A DNA stretch of 64,000 bases from a virus. The DNA is taken from positions 1 to 64,000 of IMG/VR virus record IMGVR_UViG_3300022745_000026, one strand, 5' to 3'. The notes under the pieces were generated by a model. The model was not told where the DNA came from. It did no database searches and saw only the letters and a program-made list of their open reading frames with translations. The position numbers were made by a program, and so were the translations under genes. Shown piece after piece: positions 8,653-19,201 of the stretch (within the stretch, counting starts at the first letter, position 1; each line of letters opens with the position of its first letter).

Positions 8653-9437
8653 ATATCAATGCTGAAATTATTGCCGACTCAATTAGTGAGGGTGGTGTAC
8701 GTCTTACAACTTTCTCTCTCACTTACCCCCGCGTCATCCATGGAGAACTAATGACCCATAGGGTTTTCTCACGTAATGCTATGAGTTCAAGGGCTATTCC
8801 AGTCTCTAAGCTAATTTCAGAAGTGTGGAACGACCCCTTCATTCCTATGGTCTGGGGCTCCAACAAGCCCGGAATGCAGGCCGGTGAAGAGGTCACCGGC
8901 TGGCGCTTGGCGCTTGCCAAGCTCACTTGGGTAGCAGCCTCCAAGGCCGCCTGCGTCTTCGCATGGGCCTTGTCCAAGTTGGGGCTGCACAAGCAGATCG
9001 GCAACCGAATCATGGAACCCTTCCAGTGGATGCGCACCGTACTCACCGCCACTGAGTGGGATAATTTTTTCGCTCTTCGAGACCACCCAGACGCCGAACC
9101 ACACTTCCAAGCCCTGGCTCGCCGCATGCGCTTCGAGATGGACATATCAACCCCCCGCGAATTGGTACTAGGCCAGTGGCACCTGCCCTACGTTGACTCA
9201 GTTTCAGGGATTGACTGCAAGATTTCTGCCGCCCGCTGTGCCCGAGTCTCCTACTTGACACACGAGGGCAAGGCACCGAGCGTTGAAGCTGACTTGGCGC
9301 TATATGAGCGCTTGGCCGGCGGCGAGCCTATCCATGCCTCACCCTTGGAACATCAAGCGACACCAGCCCTGAGCGCCACCACCCGCAGCGGTAACTTGAG
9401 GGGATGGGTTCAATTCCGTCAAGTGGTGCAAGCATGA
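8649..9437 (+). CDS. thyX: FAD-dependent thymidylate synthase (phage ThyX type)
   Basis: ELMTHRVFSRNAMSSRAIP, LHKQIGNR, SAARCARVSY and HASPLEHQA motifs. Confidence 0.9.
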   Translation: MNINAEIIADSISEGGVRLTTFSLTYPRVIHGELMTHRVFSRNAMSSRAIPVSKLISEVWNDPFIPMVWGSNKPGMQAGEEVTGWRLALAKLTWVAASKAACVFAWALSKLGLHKQIGNRIMEPFQWMRTVLTATEWDNFFALRDHPDAEPHFQALARRMRFEMDISTPRELVLGQWHLPYVDSVSGIDCKISAARCARVSYLTHEGKAPSVEADLALYERLAGGEPIHASPLEHQATPALSATTRSGNLRGWVQFRQVVQA

Positions 9438-9751
9438 CCAAGCCGCAAATTACCGCCATCATTATGCTCCTATCCCAAATCGAAGGATGGGCGTTAGCTA
9501 TAAAAGAGCCTATCCCGGAAGAGGTAGGTGACTCGCTGGAAAGAGCCTTTAAGGCCCTGTTGGAGGAGTTACTAGATGAGTGATGCCTACTACGAGAAGT
9601 TAATCCGATTGGTAACCATTGGACGTATGCGACGCAGGGCAGCCTACAGGGCAAAAGTCCTTGAGGATGACAAGTGGCGGCAAATGAACACCATGCACAG
9701 GCGACTCGGTAAGGGTTATTCGATGCTATTCAAACCAATTTTAAGGAAGAT

Positions 9752-10444
9752 ATGACAAACCTAATTGAGAGATTGAGAGAGACGGCCAGCAAGGGCGTGT
9801 TAGTTTGGGGAGACCTGCAAATGGAGGCTGCTGATACGCTTGAAGCGCTCAGCAGCAGGAACCGACAGCTTGTGGTTGAGTCCAGTAAGTATTGTGCCGA
9901 AGTTTCCCGAGGGATGTCAGACACCATCAGGCTTATGGAGGAGCGCGACGCTCTAAAAGTAGAACTACAAAACTCGATTACACGCAGACAAGAACAAAGG
10001 GCATCAGCCGATTTTGCTGTGGCTTCATTGAAATTGGAGCGCGACACCTTGCGAGCAGAGGTGTCAAAACTGGACGTGCTTCTTGAAGAATGCAAGATGA
10101 ATTGGTCAGTCGATATTATCCAGCTTATGGCAGATCACAAGCATGAAGTTGACAACATGACATACGACTTTGATATGGTAGACAGGTTCCTCAGACAGAA
10201 CCTGAGTGACGATGACTATGAGGAGTATTCGGAAGCTCTCTCAGCCATCGCGTATGCAGACCCAAGGGTGCCTGAACTCCGCTGTGCCAACCTCGACCTG
10301 CGTGACGAGGGCATCAAGCTGCGCCGCGAACTAGACCTGTTACTGCAGGCCCACGAATCGGTGCTCAACTACTGTGATACGCTTGGCGGTGATACCGTTG
10401 GCCGCCGCCAGACACTGGAAAGGATTAGACATGAACTGCTGTGA
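9752..10444 (+). CDS. coiled-coil hypothetical protein
   Basis: AAGGA RBS; heptad-rich 230-aa ORF. Confidence 0.65.
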   Translation: MTNLIERLRETASKGVLVWGDLQMEAADTLEALSSRNRQLVVESSKYCAEVSRGMSDTIRLMEERDALKVELQNSITRRQEQRASADFAVASLKLERDTLRAEVSKLDVLLEECKMNWSVDIIQLMADHKHEVDNMTYDFDMVDRFLRQNLSDDDYEEYSEALSAIAYADPRVPELRCANLDLRDEGIKLRRELDLLLQAHESVLNYCDTLGGDTVGRRQTLERIRHELL

Positions 10445-10664
10445 CGATTATGGCCAATGTACCCAAGGGGCTAACTGCCCTGTAAGGGAGAATAACTCCA
10501 TCGAGTCCTTGGCCAAGAGCACCGCAACGCGGTATCGACCTGGCGCTCCGCCAATGTTTGAGTTCGACACCCAAGCGCTAAAGTCCTTTGTACTCGCTTT
10601 AGACTTCAACAGGTCAATGACCAAACGTAACCCCTACTTTAACTTCAAGCGTAAAAATGACTAA
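10431..10664 (+). CDS. small Cys-rich hypothetical protein (MNCCDDYGQCTQGANCP)
   Basis: AGGA RBS before ATG 10431. Confidence 0.6.
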   Translation: MNCCDDYGQCTQGANCPVRENNSIESLAKSTATRYRPGAPPMFEFDTQALKSFVLALDFNRSMTKRNPYFNFKRKND

Positions 10665-10781
10665 AATCGACTTTGCCCTTCTTATGTCCACTATTTGGAT
10701 AGCCCCGCACACCCCAGAACCGGTGGGTAAGCTGCTATCACTAGCTTGGCTTGTGGTATCTATTATTGAGGTATTTTTACG

Positions 10782-11102
10782 ATGATCGGCCTACCGGTTA
10801 CCCCCCTGCAGCGGGCAGTGATAGACCAAAAGATTGCCATTCTCATGCTAGATGAGGGCGAGGCCTGCGCGGAGCTTCTGACAGGTGTTGCTGCCACAAT
10901 GGAACTTGTGCTGCTGGCCTCAAAGAAGCCGCCCAAGGCCCTGGAGTCAGACTTCCGGGCCTGCCTACACCAGATAGAGCGCAATGCGCTGCAGAAGGCC
11001 ACGGTCAAGCTGATTATCAGGGGCCTTGACACCTGCCTTTGGCACGCCCCACGCATACCAAAGGCGGCCATCGACCAGGCATGGCTGAGGATGCAGCAAT
11101 GA
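10782..11102 (+). CDS. hypothetical protein
   Basis: GAGG RBS; 106-aa ORF. Confidence 0.6.
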   Translation: MIGLPVTPLQRAVIDQKIAILMLDEGEACAELLTGVAATMELVLLASKKPPKALESDFRACLHQIERNALQKATVKLIIRGLDTCLWHAPRIPKAAIDQAWLRMQQ

Positions 11103-11338
11103 AGGTCGAGATTTATGGGCCATTGCCCTACGAGACTGAGCACCTGGCAGAACTGCTCAAGCTGATACCTTTAGATGCAAAGCATGTCGTTGTGCAGGCA
11201 CCACACCGCAGAGCTGTTGACCTCAAGGCCTGCCAGAGACCAGACACACTGGAACTTGCGGCCAGTGTAGACAACAGCAAATTTATTTTTTACTCACATC
11301 ACCCGACCAAGGGAATTGATGTAAAATATCAACCCTGA
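11099..11338 (+). CDS. hypothetical protein
   Basis: ATGA overlap at 11099. Confidence 0.5.
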   Translation: MKVEIYGPLPYETEHLAELLKLIPLDAKHVVVQAPHRRAVDLKACQRPDTLELAASVDNSKFIFYSHHPTKGIDVKYQP

Positions 11339-11375
11339 CTTCCTCAGATTCCCTTAACCACCACGAAAGACTATC

Positions 11376-11636
11376 ATGGCACTGACCATTCACAAAGACA
11401 TTCCTCTCCCCAAGCGCACCGTTAAGCGTGAGCACAAGTATGACTTCGCCTCTTTGGCTGAAGGCGACTGCTTCATCGAAGATGAAGTTGTAAGTGTGAC
11501 CAAGGTTATTAACCGCTTGTCTGCGGCTGTAACTAACTACCGCAAGTCCTATGGCGAAGGCGCTCCCAAGTTCGCAGTCCGTTCTGTTGTCATTGACGGC
11601 AAGGATGCTGTGGGCGTGTGGCGTGTAGCCGCTTAA
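11376..11636 (+). CDS. small basic putative DNA-binding protein (IHKDIPLP...KYDF...VGVWRV)
   Basis: Motif pattern of small phage DNA-binding proteins; TAAAAT upstream (11322) and a terminator downstream. Confidence 0.7.
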   Translation: MALTIHKDIPLPKRTVKREHKYDFASLAEGDCFIEDEVVSVTKVINRLSAAVTNYRKSYGEGAPKFAVRSVVIDGKDAVGVWRVAA

Positions 11637-11655
11637 TCGGACTCAATTCCACAAC

Positions 11656-11680
11656 AAACAGGGCCTAGGCCCTGTTTTAT
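11656..11680 (+). terminator. intrinsic terminator
   Basis: AAACAGGGC-CTAG-GCCCTGTTT followed by a T-rich tract. Confidence 0.8.
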
Positions 11681-11692
11681 TTTGCCTGAACT

Positions 11693-11869
11693 ATGACAAA
11701 CCCACAAAAACCCTACAAGCCGCCTGCAGATGACTACCAAGGGCTAGAACTGAAGCCCTATGACGGACGCCCCGGCTGCAACGCAATCTTGGCCTTCCCA
11801 AGCCGAATCGGACCCTACCGCCACTTCCCCGACGGCACCAAAGTATTTCAACCAATTGAGAAAACCTAA
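11693..11869 (+). CDS. small hypothetical protein (58 aa; GRPG...FPSRIG)
   Basis: Translated by hand; its stop abuts the ligase start. Confidence 0.6.
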   Translation: MTNPQKPYKPPADDYQGLELKPYDGRPGCNAILAFPSRIGPYRHFPDGTKVFQPIEKT

Positions 11870-12727
11870 ATGTTTAAGCCCAATCTCGCATGTGAGGCCG
11901 CAGGCCCTGTAACTTTTCCAAAGCTCGCCTCCATCAAACTCGACGGAATCCGCGTTGTCACCAAGTTCGGCGGGGCGCTCACACGGTCGCTGAAGCCAGT
12001 ACCAAACTTGCACATCCGGGAGATGCTATCAAAGTACCCAAACCTGGATGGGGAGGTTATCGTCGGTTCGCCTGCAGCGCCAGACTGCTACCGCGCCACA
12101 AACTCTGCGGTGATGTCTCACGAGGGTGAGCCGGAATTTACGTTCTACGTGTTCGACGACTTGTCAGGTGCAGGACCCTACACTGAGCGCTTGGCCCGAC
12201 TGAAGGCACGGGACCTGCCAGACTTCATCAAGGTTCTGGACCAGACGTTGGTGTTCGATCAGGCTCAGCTAGATGCCTACTACAGCGATTCCCTTGAGCG
12301 CGGCTTTGAAGGCGCTATCCTTCGTAACCTAGACGCGGAGTACAAGTATGGGCGCAGCACGGCTAAGTCTCAGGACATGCTGAAGATGAAGCCATTTCAG
12401 GATTCTGAGGCAGTGATTCTGTCAGCTTACGAGGCGATGGAAAACCAGAACGAGGCCTTCACCAACGAACTCGGACAGACAGACCGAAGCACCCATGCAG
12501 AGAACAAGGTGGGCAAGGGTATGGTGGGCGGTTTCGTAGTGAAGGACTTGAAGACAGGTGTGGAATTTAACTGTGCTCCCGGCAAGCTATCTCATGCAGA
12601 GCGGACTGAATTATTCGGCCAGCCGTTGGAGGGCAAGATTCTGAAGTACCGCTCTATGTCGTATGGCGTGAAAGACGCACCCCGCTTCCCCCGGTTCATC
12701 GGATGGCGCTCTGCTTTGGATATGTAA
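11870..12727 (+). CDS. ATP-dependent DNA ligase
   Basis: KLDGIR adenylation motif, LDGE, FYVFD, FEGAILR, LKMKP, and an OB-fold C-terminus PRFPRF. Confidence 0.92.
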   Translation: MFKPNLACEAAGPVTFPKLASIKLDGIRVVTKFGGALTRSLKPVPNLHIREMLSKYPNLDGEVIVGSPAAPDCYRATNSAVMSHEGEPEFTFYVFDDLSGAGPYTERLARLKARDLPDFIKVLDQTLVFDQAQLDAYYSDSLERGFEGAILRNLDAEYKYGRSTAKSQDMLKMKPFQDSEAVILSAYEAMENQNEAFTNELGQTDRSTHAENKVGKGMVGGFVVKDLKTGVEFNCAPGKLSHAERTELFGQPLEGKILKYRSMSYGVKDAPRFPRFIGWRSALDM

Positions 12728-12755
12728 TAATAGATTCTATTTAAGAAAGTGCTTT

Positions 12756-13355
12756 ATGAAAATTTTATGCGGGTGCGAGTATAGTGGAAAAATACGGCAG
12801 GCATTTAGGGACCTAGGCCACGACGCCATTTCATGTGACTTACTGCCTGCCGATGACGGCAGCCCCTACCACTACCAAGGTGACGTGTTTGACATTATCA
12901 ACGACGGGTGGGACTTGGCAACATTCAACCCTCCTTGCACTTACCTGTCCGTCAGCGGCATGCACTGGACGGCGCGGGGCTTACGTGACCCCAAGCTGAC
13001 CGAGGATGCTCTTGAGTTCGTACAGAAGCTGATGGACTGCAACATCCCCAAGTGGGCTTTGGAGAACCCTATCAGCATAATCAGCAGCCGAATCCGAAAG
13101 CCGGACCAGATCATCCAGCCCTACGAATTTGGCCACGATGCCAGCAAGAAGACGTGCCTGTGGCTGAAGGGGCTCCCGCTGCTCAGGCCAACCCAGTACG
13201 TCGAGCCTCGCATCGTCGATGGCAAGCGGCGCTGGAGTAACCAGACAGACAGCGGGCAGAATATACTGGCCCCAAGCGCAGACCGCTGGAAGCTGCGGTC
13301 CACTACGTTCGACGGAATTGCAAAAGCCATGGCAACCCAATGGTCTACCCTATGA
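12756..13355 (+). CDS. short phage DNA cytosine methyltransferase-like protein
   Basis: CEYSG SAM-binding start, PPC catalytic motif, ENP motif, KKTCLW, and RSTTFDGIAKAMA. Confidence 0.75.
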   Translation: MKILCGCEYSGKIRQAFRDLGHDAISCDLLPADDGSPYHYQGDVFDIINDGWDLATFNPPCTYLSVSGMHWTARGLRDPKLTEDALEFVQKLMDCNIPKWALENPISIISSRIRKPDQIIQPYEFGHDASKKTCLWLKGLPLLRPTQYVEPRIVDGKRRWSNQTDSGQNILAPSADRWKLRSTTFDGIAKAMATQWSTL

Positions 13356-13518
13356 CACCCTGCTACCAATGCCTGACCCCTGCACCACTCAGCCCTAGGG
13401 CACGGTGCGTCACCTGCGAGTATCGGCGCTCAATCGCAAATGAGCAAGAGAACGAGATTCTCTACGCTGAGATAGACGCCCTAAAGCAGGAGATACAAAA
13501 ACTTCAAAAGGACTTGTC

Positions 13519-13800
13519 ATGAGACCAATATCCGCCGGTGACCGCTGCCTTGTAGTGGGCGGCCTAGGCCAATCTAAGAGCCCGAACATCGGGCTGACTG
13601 TGACTGTTAAGTCCTTCCAAGGTGAGCATAGTGGTAGAGGACGAATCTTCCGCTGCACTGGTCAAGGTATCAAACAGTTGACTGACACAGGCTCCTATGT
13701 GGAGACAAATGAGGCGGACTTTGCCGTATCATGGCTCCAGCGAATCGACCCAACCCCAACTAAGAAAGAAGAATCCCGTGAACTTCAAGCAACCAATTAA
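13519..13800 (+). CDS. hypothetical protein
   Basis: AAGGA RBS; 93-aa ORF. Confidence 0.65.
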   Translation: MRPISAGDRCLVVGGLGQSKSPNIGLTVTVKSFQGEHSGRGRIFRCTGQGIKQLTDTGSYVETNEADFAVSWLQRIDPTPTKKEESRELQATN

Positions 13801-14007
13801 CATGGCCGGCGTACAGCGGATGATAAGCTACGAGTACAAACGCGGTGCAGAGGACTACAGAGTAGTGGTTAGAACTCACGCAACCGGAACCAGCATCACA
13901 GTGCTTCTCCTTGCTCCTCACGGAGCTAAGCACCCAGTGCTTTGGCATGCAGACTGCTTGGGCATGGACGTGTTACCCGCAACAGATTTTAAGGAAGTGA
14001 GAATCTA

Positions 14008-14349
14008 ATGAACTTCAAGCAACTAGCTAAGTGGTACTGGTCCCCCAAGCACCCGACCTCCTACGTGCTTCCCCACCCCAAGGGCGGGCACCCGGCAGGT
14101 ATCGGGCTCTTGGTCAAGAAAGACCCAAGCCTGTGGCCCGCCTTTAACTTGTGCTGGGCCCGGTATGACTTGTCAACTTGGGCAGGGCAGGAGGCTGCTG
14201 TCATGTATGCGACAACAGCCAAGAAGATTTTAGAGCGACCGGCAGAAGGTGGCACACTTGGCGAACTAGCATGCCTACTTGGCCAAGACGGCTTCACCGC
14301 CTACTGTCAAGCGCACGGAATCAAGCTGCACCTCAGCTTGGTTCGCTGA
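14008..14349 (+). CDS. hypothetical protein
   Basis: 113-aa ORF coupled (TGATG) to the helicase. Confidence 0.65.
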   Translation: MNFKQLAKWYWSPKHPTSYVLPHPKGGHPAGIGLLVKKDPSLWPAFNLCWARYDLSTWAGQEAAVMYATTAKKILERPAEGGTLGELACLLGQDGFTAYCQAHGIKLHLSLVR

Positions 14350-15737
14350 TGTACCCCAACTTCGCAGCGCTGGACGCTGCTACTGACTTCCGGACCAAGG
14401 CCGGATTCACACTCGCTGACAAGCAAGTGGCCGGCATTGAAGAGCTGGCCGCTTACCCACGCAACGCCAACTTCTCCGAGGTGGGCACGGGAAAGACGGT
14501 GATGTCCACAGCCGTCAGCCTGATGGCTGGCAAGGACACCACCTTGGTCTTGGTACCGCCAATCATCATCCCACAATGGTGCAAGTGGCTTCGCCGCTTC
14601 ACAGACTCTGTAACTGATTACCGAGGCACACCTACAGAGCGACGTAAATTAAACATTACTGCCAGATTTGTAGTGATGAGTCATGCAATCTTTCGTATGG
14701 ATTACGAGAAGCTATATCATGCACTGAACAGCTATGACTTGGAAGTAATAGTAGATGAGGCGCACTCACTAAAAAACCCATCTTCAATACTGTATAAAAA
14801 CGTAGCTAGACTCTCAGTAGGCCACAACTTACAGCTACTGACAGGTACCCCAACTTCTAAGCCGACTGATGCCTATGCCTATATAAAGCAGAAGACTCCA
14901 AAGGTTTATCGTACCTTCGGCCACTTCGAGGGCATGCACGTTGCAGAGCGAGACTTCTTTGGCAAGGTGACCCAGTGGCAGCTACTAGACCAGGTGGCTG
15001 CCAATCTGGCATTGCAGACAGTCAAGTTCACCAAGGAAGACCTCTTCGGGCTTGACCTTGACCCCCAGTTCCCGGACTGCACCTATGACCTTGACCCGGC
15101 CCACACCAAGTTGTACGAGCGACTCATGGAAGAGCAGCTACTACTTTTGGGTGACGGTACAAAAATCGACGCAACGACAAGCACCAAGTTGTTCCACGCA
15201 GCACAGCAAATTGTCTGTAACTGGGCCCACTTCAGTGGCGAGTACAAGCGTAGCGCTATTTACGACATCATCGACCAGACTATTGAAGAGGTGCGGCCGA
15301 CCGGCTCCAAGCTCATTATCTGGACGTTCTACAAGATGACCACCCGTAACGTCATGGAGTACCTGGCCGCTCAAGGCCACAAGGCAGTAGCCGCCTACGG
15401 GGAGGCCAACAGCAACAAGTCCTTCGAGCTGTTCATGGAAGACCCTACGGTACGTATCCTTGTCGCTCAGCCCCAGTCGGCAGGCGTAGGCCTCAATGCC
15501 CAAGGCGTTTGCAGCGAGATGCTCTTCGTAGAAACCCCGACGACACCGCTTCTGGCGAGGCAGGCTATTGGCCGAGTCGTCAGGATGGGCCAGAAACGCA
15601 AGCCGCGCATCAAGGTGGCTGTGGCCAATAACACCATCCAGACCAGACTACTGGGCATGCTGATGGCCAATGACGACCTTGTGAAGCGCGTGGAAAATAC
15701 ACGAGATTCAATTCGAGACTGGATTCGCGGAACTTAA
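14349..15737 (+). CDS. SNF2-family (SF2) helicase
   Basis: EVGTGKT Walker A, VDEAH, LTGTP, GVGLN and QAIGRVVRMGQ motifs; start placed at ATG 14349. Confidence 0.9.
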   Translation: MYPNFAALDAATDFRTKAGFTLADKQVAGIEELAAYPRNANFSEVGTGKTVMSTAVSLMAGKDTTLVLVPPIIIPQWCKWLRRFTDSVTDYRGTPTERRKLNITARFVVMSHAIFRMDYEKLYHALNSYDLEVIVDEAHSLKNPSSILYKNVARLSVGHNLQLLTGTPTSKPTDAYAYIKQKTPKVYRTFGHFEGMHVAERDFFGKVTQWQLLDQVAANLALQTVKFTKEDLFGLDLDPQFPDCTYDLDPAHTKLYERLMEEQLLLLGDGTKIDATTSTKLFHAAQQIVCNWAHFSGEYKRSAIYDIIDQTIEEVRPTGSKLIIWTFYKMTTRNVMEYLAAQGHKAVAAYGEANSNKSFELFMEDPTVRILVAQPQSAGVGLNAQGVCSEMLFVETPTTPLLARQAIGRVVRMGQKRKPRIKVAVANNTIQTRLLGMLMANDDLVKRVENTRDSIRDWIRGT

Positions 15738-15774
15738 TTGCCGTAGAATCCGTCGCTTCACTTATGAAACCCCT

Positions 15775-16248
15775 ATGCAAGAAAATCCACAACTCTTACT
15801 TGAGCGTCAGTATTCTGACATCTTCGCTCAGCGACTCAGCCACGAATCAGTCTCCCGATGGGAAGCTGGACGCAGTGCCCACCGATTTGCCGCCTACAAG
15901 GACAAGCAACTGGTAATCTTCAGCCTGTTCTACGGGGAGCCACAGACAATCCGGGTGCTCACCTGTGTAGACGTGGGACTGACCATGACAGGGGGCCTGC
16001 ACTCCACTTGGGTAGACGGTGACGGCAAGACTGTAGAAGTAGGCCACACACCTGTAGAGGTCTCGAACAGCGTGTTCCTGTGGCATGTCTTCCACAGCTC
16101 AGTCTCCTACATCCCACACAAGGGCAACTTTGAGGTCAAGTTCCCGCTAGCCTACCGCAGCCCCCATAACGTGCACAAGCATGCCATTGAGGGCGTGCCC
16201 TATATCCTTGAGCGAGCAGTCTTCGACTCCACTTTTCCAGGAGTCTGA
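15775..16248 (+). CDS. hypothetical protein
   Basis: 157-aa ORF directly upstream of the primase. Confidence 0.65.
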   Translation: MQENPQLLLERQYSDIFAQRLSHESVSRWEAGRSAHRFAAYKDKQLVIFSLFYGEPQTIRVLTCVDVGLTMTGGLHSTWVDGDGKTVEVGHTPVEVSNSVFLWHVFHSSVSYIPHKGNFEVKFPLAYRSPHNVHKHAIEGVPYILERAVFDSTFPGV

Positions 16249-16250
16249 CC

Positions 16251-19100
16251 ATGGCCAAGCTCTATAAATACTACCAACTTGTTGGTGGCCAAGAGGTGTG
16301 GCAGCCTATCCAAGCGGAGCAGACGCTGGAGAGCATACGCCCAACTTTCGTGACTATCTTGGCAGTCGATACCCTGCTGCCAGAGAAGCCAACGAGGGAG
16401 GCTCTGGATGCTGCCAAGTACAGCGGACCACTCTACTTTGACTTGGATGCTGAGGATATTCAGGACTCTATCACTGACGCCAAGGTGGCCGTGCAGCGCC
16501 TGCAGAGTTATGGGCTTCAGGCCTACGACTTTGAGGTGTACCTGAGCGGCAAGAAGGGGCTGCACATCATCATCCCGGAAATGGCGTTCAACCAAAAGCC
16601 GGTGCCCATGTACCGGCTGTTTGACGTTTACAAGGAAATCGCATTCAAGCTCTCCACACCCAGTACCGACCTACGGGTCTACACCGGGCGCAAGGGGCGC
16701 ATGCTGCGGACCTGTTACAACGTCCGGGAGAACGGTAACTACAAGGTGCAGATTTCGCTGCAGGAGCTTGAGTCACTGACACCAGAGACCTACAAGTCCC
16801 TGTGTGCAGCACCCCGGCATATGCCCCCAGCGCGGCCCGAGTTTCGGTTCCAGTTCGGACTATTATTCGACGAGGCAGTGCAGAAGGCAGGGGTCACGAA
16901 GAAGCGGCGTAAGCCCAAGGTGGTGACCCCCGGCCAGATTCAGCAGGACCTGCCAGTGGTGGTCAAGCTGCTCAACGGCGAGTCGGAAGCAGGCTTCAAC
17001 CTGATTGCAATGCAATTGGCCTTGTATGCCCGTGAGTCCGGCTGGAGTGAGGAGCAGTTCATCAACCGAGCCCAAGGCCTGATTGCCAACCACAAGGGAG
17101 GCTCTCGCTACGGCAGCGCCAAGGCGCGGGAGCGGGAACTCTGCAACATGCTGATGTATGTTGAGGACAACTTTGCCTACGAGTACAACAGCAGTGCCTT
17201 CGCCAAGTTGCTGACCCCTGTAGCAACCCCAGAGAGCCCCACAACAGAGGCCGGCGACATGCCCCTTGAGGACGGGGAGTACGACGGCTATGACTGCGGG
17301 ATTTACAGGGGGCCAGACGGGTACTTCACTAGAAATGATGAGGGGATTGAGAACTACTTCCTGCGCGGGATAGTCAAGGAAGTCACAACCTTGGTAGACC
17401 CAAATACAGGTGCCATCATGGCGCTCACCGGCAAGATGGCAGGACAGGACTTGACCTTTGCCCCCGAGGACTTCCAAAGTTCTTCTGCCATGCAGAGGGC
17501 GGTATCACGTACTGGAATCTCATTTACGGCCAGCGACATTGTGGCTAGAAAGTTGTATGAAATGCTAATCGACGAGTCAAAACGGGCAGGGGCCAACACC
17601 CTGCTGGTAGAAAAGGAAGGCCTAAGTTGGTTCAAGTCTGCTCGCTCGGATGAGGAGGAGCTTCGCAAGGGGTTCCTGATTTACGCAGATGAGCGGGGTG
17701 TGAGGCCGAGTGTTCATGTGCAGGGCGACTACCCGCTGAAGTTCAACGGTTACCCAGACCCGACAGGTAAGTTCCACTCAGACCTTAGCCGGTGCCCCTC
17801 TTTTGAGGATTACTTGGCTGTGGAAGGGAATAGGGAAAAAGCCCAAGAGGCTCTGTGGAACTTGTTTAGGGCACAACCTGCCGAGGTGCTTGGTAAGCTC
17901 TTGGGCTGGCAAGTGGCATGCTTCTACCGTAGCGTATTCCATCTGTGCTACGGCAAGTTCCCCTTGCTGCACGTTGTAGGGCAAGCGGGCTCAGGCAAGT
18001 CGGAGACAAACCTTGCCTTGCTGCGCCTGCACTACCACCATGCTGACCCGGTGCAGATCAGCCCAACGTCTACGGTGTTTGCCATCCAGAGCTTTATGAT
18101 GTCTTCCGCCAGCATCCCGCTGTTTGTGGACGAGTACAAGCCCAATGACATGCCGTTTGAGAAGCACCATGCCATGAAGCTGATGCTGCGGGATGCCTAC
18201 AACTGCCGGCCTGTGATGCGCGGCGGCGGCAAGCGGGGGTCAGAGGGTTTTGCGAGTGTGAACGAGCAGACCTTGACAGCCCCCACAATGTTCGTAGCCG
18301 AGGCGATTGAAGCTGAGACGGCGCTCTTGGAGCGGGTGGTCTTGGCCACGTTCCGCCGGTTGCCAGGGATTAAAGGGGCTCAGCAGTTCGCCCACTTCCA
18401 GCGGTTCCAGCAGAACCAAGTTGTCCTGTCCCATATAGGGGCGTTCATACTGCAGAACATGCTGGCGCGGCTGGACAGGGAGAGCTTCTCCTCGAAGTTC
18501 GACGCGCTCTACGCAGCGGCCCGTGCCAAGCACTGCTTGCAACCCGGAGACTTGGACACCTTATCCCCGGAGGAAATCAAGCGTAAGGGGCATGGCAGGG
18601 AGCGTATTGTCTTCAATTACGCAGTGGCAGAGTTTGGCCTTGGAGTGTTCGGCTGGGTATTGAAGACGCAGTTCGGTGATATGTTTGACAAGGAAATGGC
18701 TGAGTTGAGAAACGCATGCTATAGCCGTATGTCAGACTTGGTATCCAATACCGTACCAGAGTACGTCAGGGTGCTACAGCACCTCGGTGATATGAGCCAC
18801 TTGCAGCCAGACTCCCAAGCTAAGCTAAACTATGGCTATGAGTTCCAGCTCAAGGACATGGGTGGACGCAGAGTTCTAGAGTTAGCGGTGAGGCCAGCGT
18901 ACAATAAGTACCGCATATACTGCAAGAACTTGGGGATGAAGCCGCTGTTCAACGGTGAGGACTCTTTAGCCTTGGCACTGAAGGATTGTGGTCAGTTCAT
19001 GGATATCTCTGCTGGCACTAAGCACCTACCGGCAGCGACTACTAGGCTGGACTATGAATCGCTGGTCGAAGCCGGGATGACTATTTTTGCAGAAAAGTGA
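16251..19100 (+). CDS. AEP-type primase fused to a P-loop helicase domain
   Basis: LYFDLD and SGKKGLH AEP motifs; C-terminal GQAGSGKS Walker A and FVDE Walker B. Confidence 0.85.
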   Translation: MAKLYKYYQLVGGQEVWQPIQAEQTLESIRPTFVTILAVDTLLPEKPTREALDAAKYSGPLYFDLDAEDIQDSITDAKVAVQRLQSYGLQAYDFEVYLSGKKGLHIIIPEMAFNQKPVPMYRLFDVYKEIAFKLSTPSTDLRVYTGRKGRMLRTCYNVRENGNYKVQISLQELESLTPETYKSLCAAPRHMPPARPEFRFQFGLLFDEAVQKAGVTKKRRKPKVVTPGQIQQDLPVVVKLLNGESEAGFNLIAMQLALYARESGWSEEQFINRAQGLIANHKGGSRYGSAKARERELCNMLMYVEDNFAYEYNSSAFAKLLTPVATPESPTTEAGDMPLEDGEYDGYDCGIYRGPDGYFTRNDEGIENYFLRGIVKEVTTLVDPNTGAIMALTGKMAGQDLTFAPEDFQSSSAMQRAVSRTGISFTASDIVARKLYEMLIDESKRAGANTLLVEKEGLSWFKSARSDEEELRKGFLIYADERGVRPSVHVQGDYPLKFNGYPDPTGKFHSDLSRCPSFEDYLAVEGNREKAQEALWNLFRAQPAEVLGKLLGWQVACFYRSVFHLCYGKFPLLHVVGQAGSGKSETNLALLRLHYHHADPVQISPTSTVFAIQSFMMSSASIPLFVDEYKPNDMPFEKHHAMKLMLRDAYNCRPVMRGGGKRGSEGFASVNEQTLTAPTMFVAEAIEAETALLERVVLATFRRLPGIKGAQQFAHFQRFQQNQVVLSHIGAFILQNMLARLDRESFSSKFDALYAAARAKHCLQPGDLDTLSPEEIKRKGHGRERIVFNYAVAEFGLGVFGWVLKTQFGDMFDKEMAELRNACYSRMSDLVSNTVPEYVRVLQHLGDMSHLQPDSQAKLNYGYEFQLKDMGGRRVLELAVRPAYNKYRIYCKNLGMKPLFNGEDSLALALKDCGQFMDISAGTKHLPAATTRLDYESLVEAGMTIFAEK

Positions 19101-19127
19101 TTGCATTGCCAAAAATGGCAGTATAAT
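19101..19127 (+). promoter_or_regulatory. sigma70-like promoter upstream of the SSB-like gene
   Basis: Perfect TATAAT at 19122-19127 and TTGCAT at 19101 (short, 15-nt spacer). Confidence 0.5.
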
Positions 19128-19201
19128 CTCTAAAACCCAAGCACCCAGCTTGGTTGGCAGGCCGGAAAGAACGGTCAAATTAAACTGAAAGTAAAATTAT
19201 C

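Noticed and set aside
19107-19120. TGCCA-N-TGGCA palindrome, also at 59098-59113, as a shared operator
   Set aside because: Spacers differ (4 vs 6 nt) and there are only two instances; compatible with chance.
19137-19176. Third kissing-loop leader upstream of the SSB/HNH genes
   Set aside because: Loops ACCCA and GAAAGAA are not complementary and there is no terminator hairpin. The HNHs at 19893 and 26246 belong to a different family and are operon-embedded.
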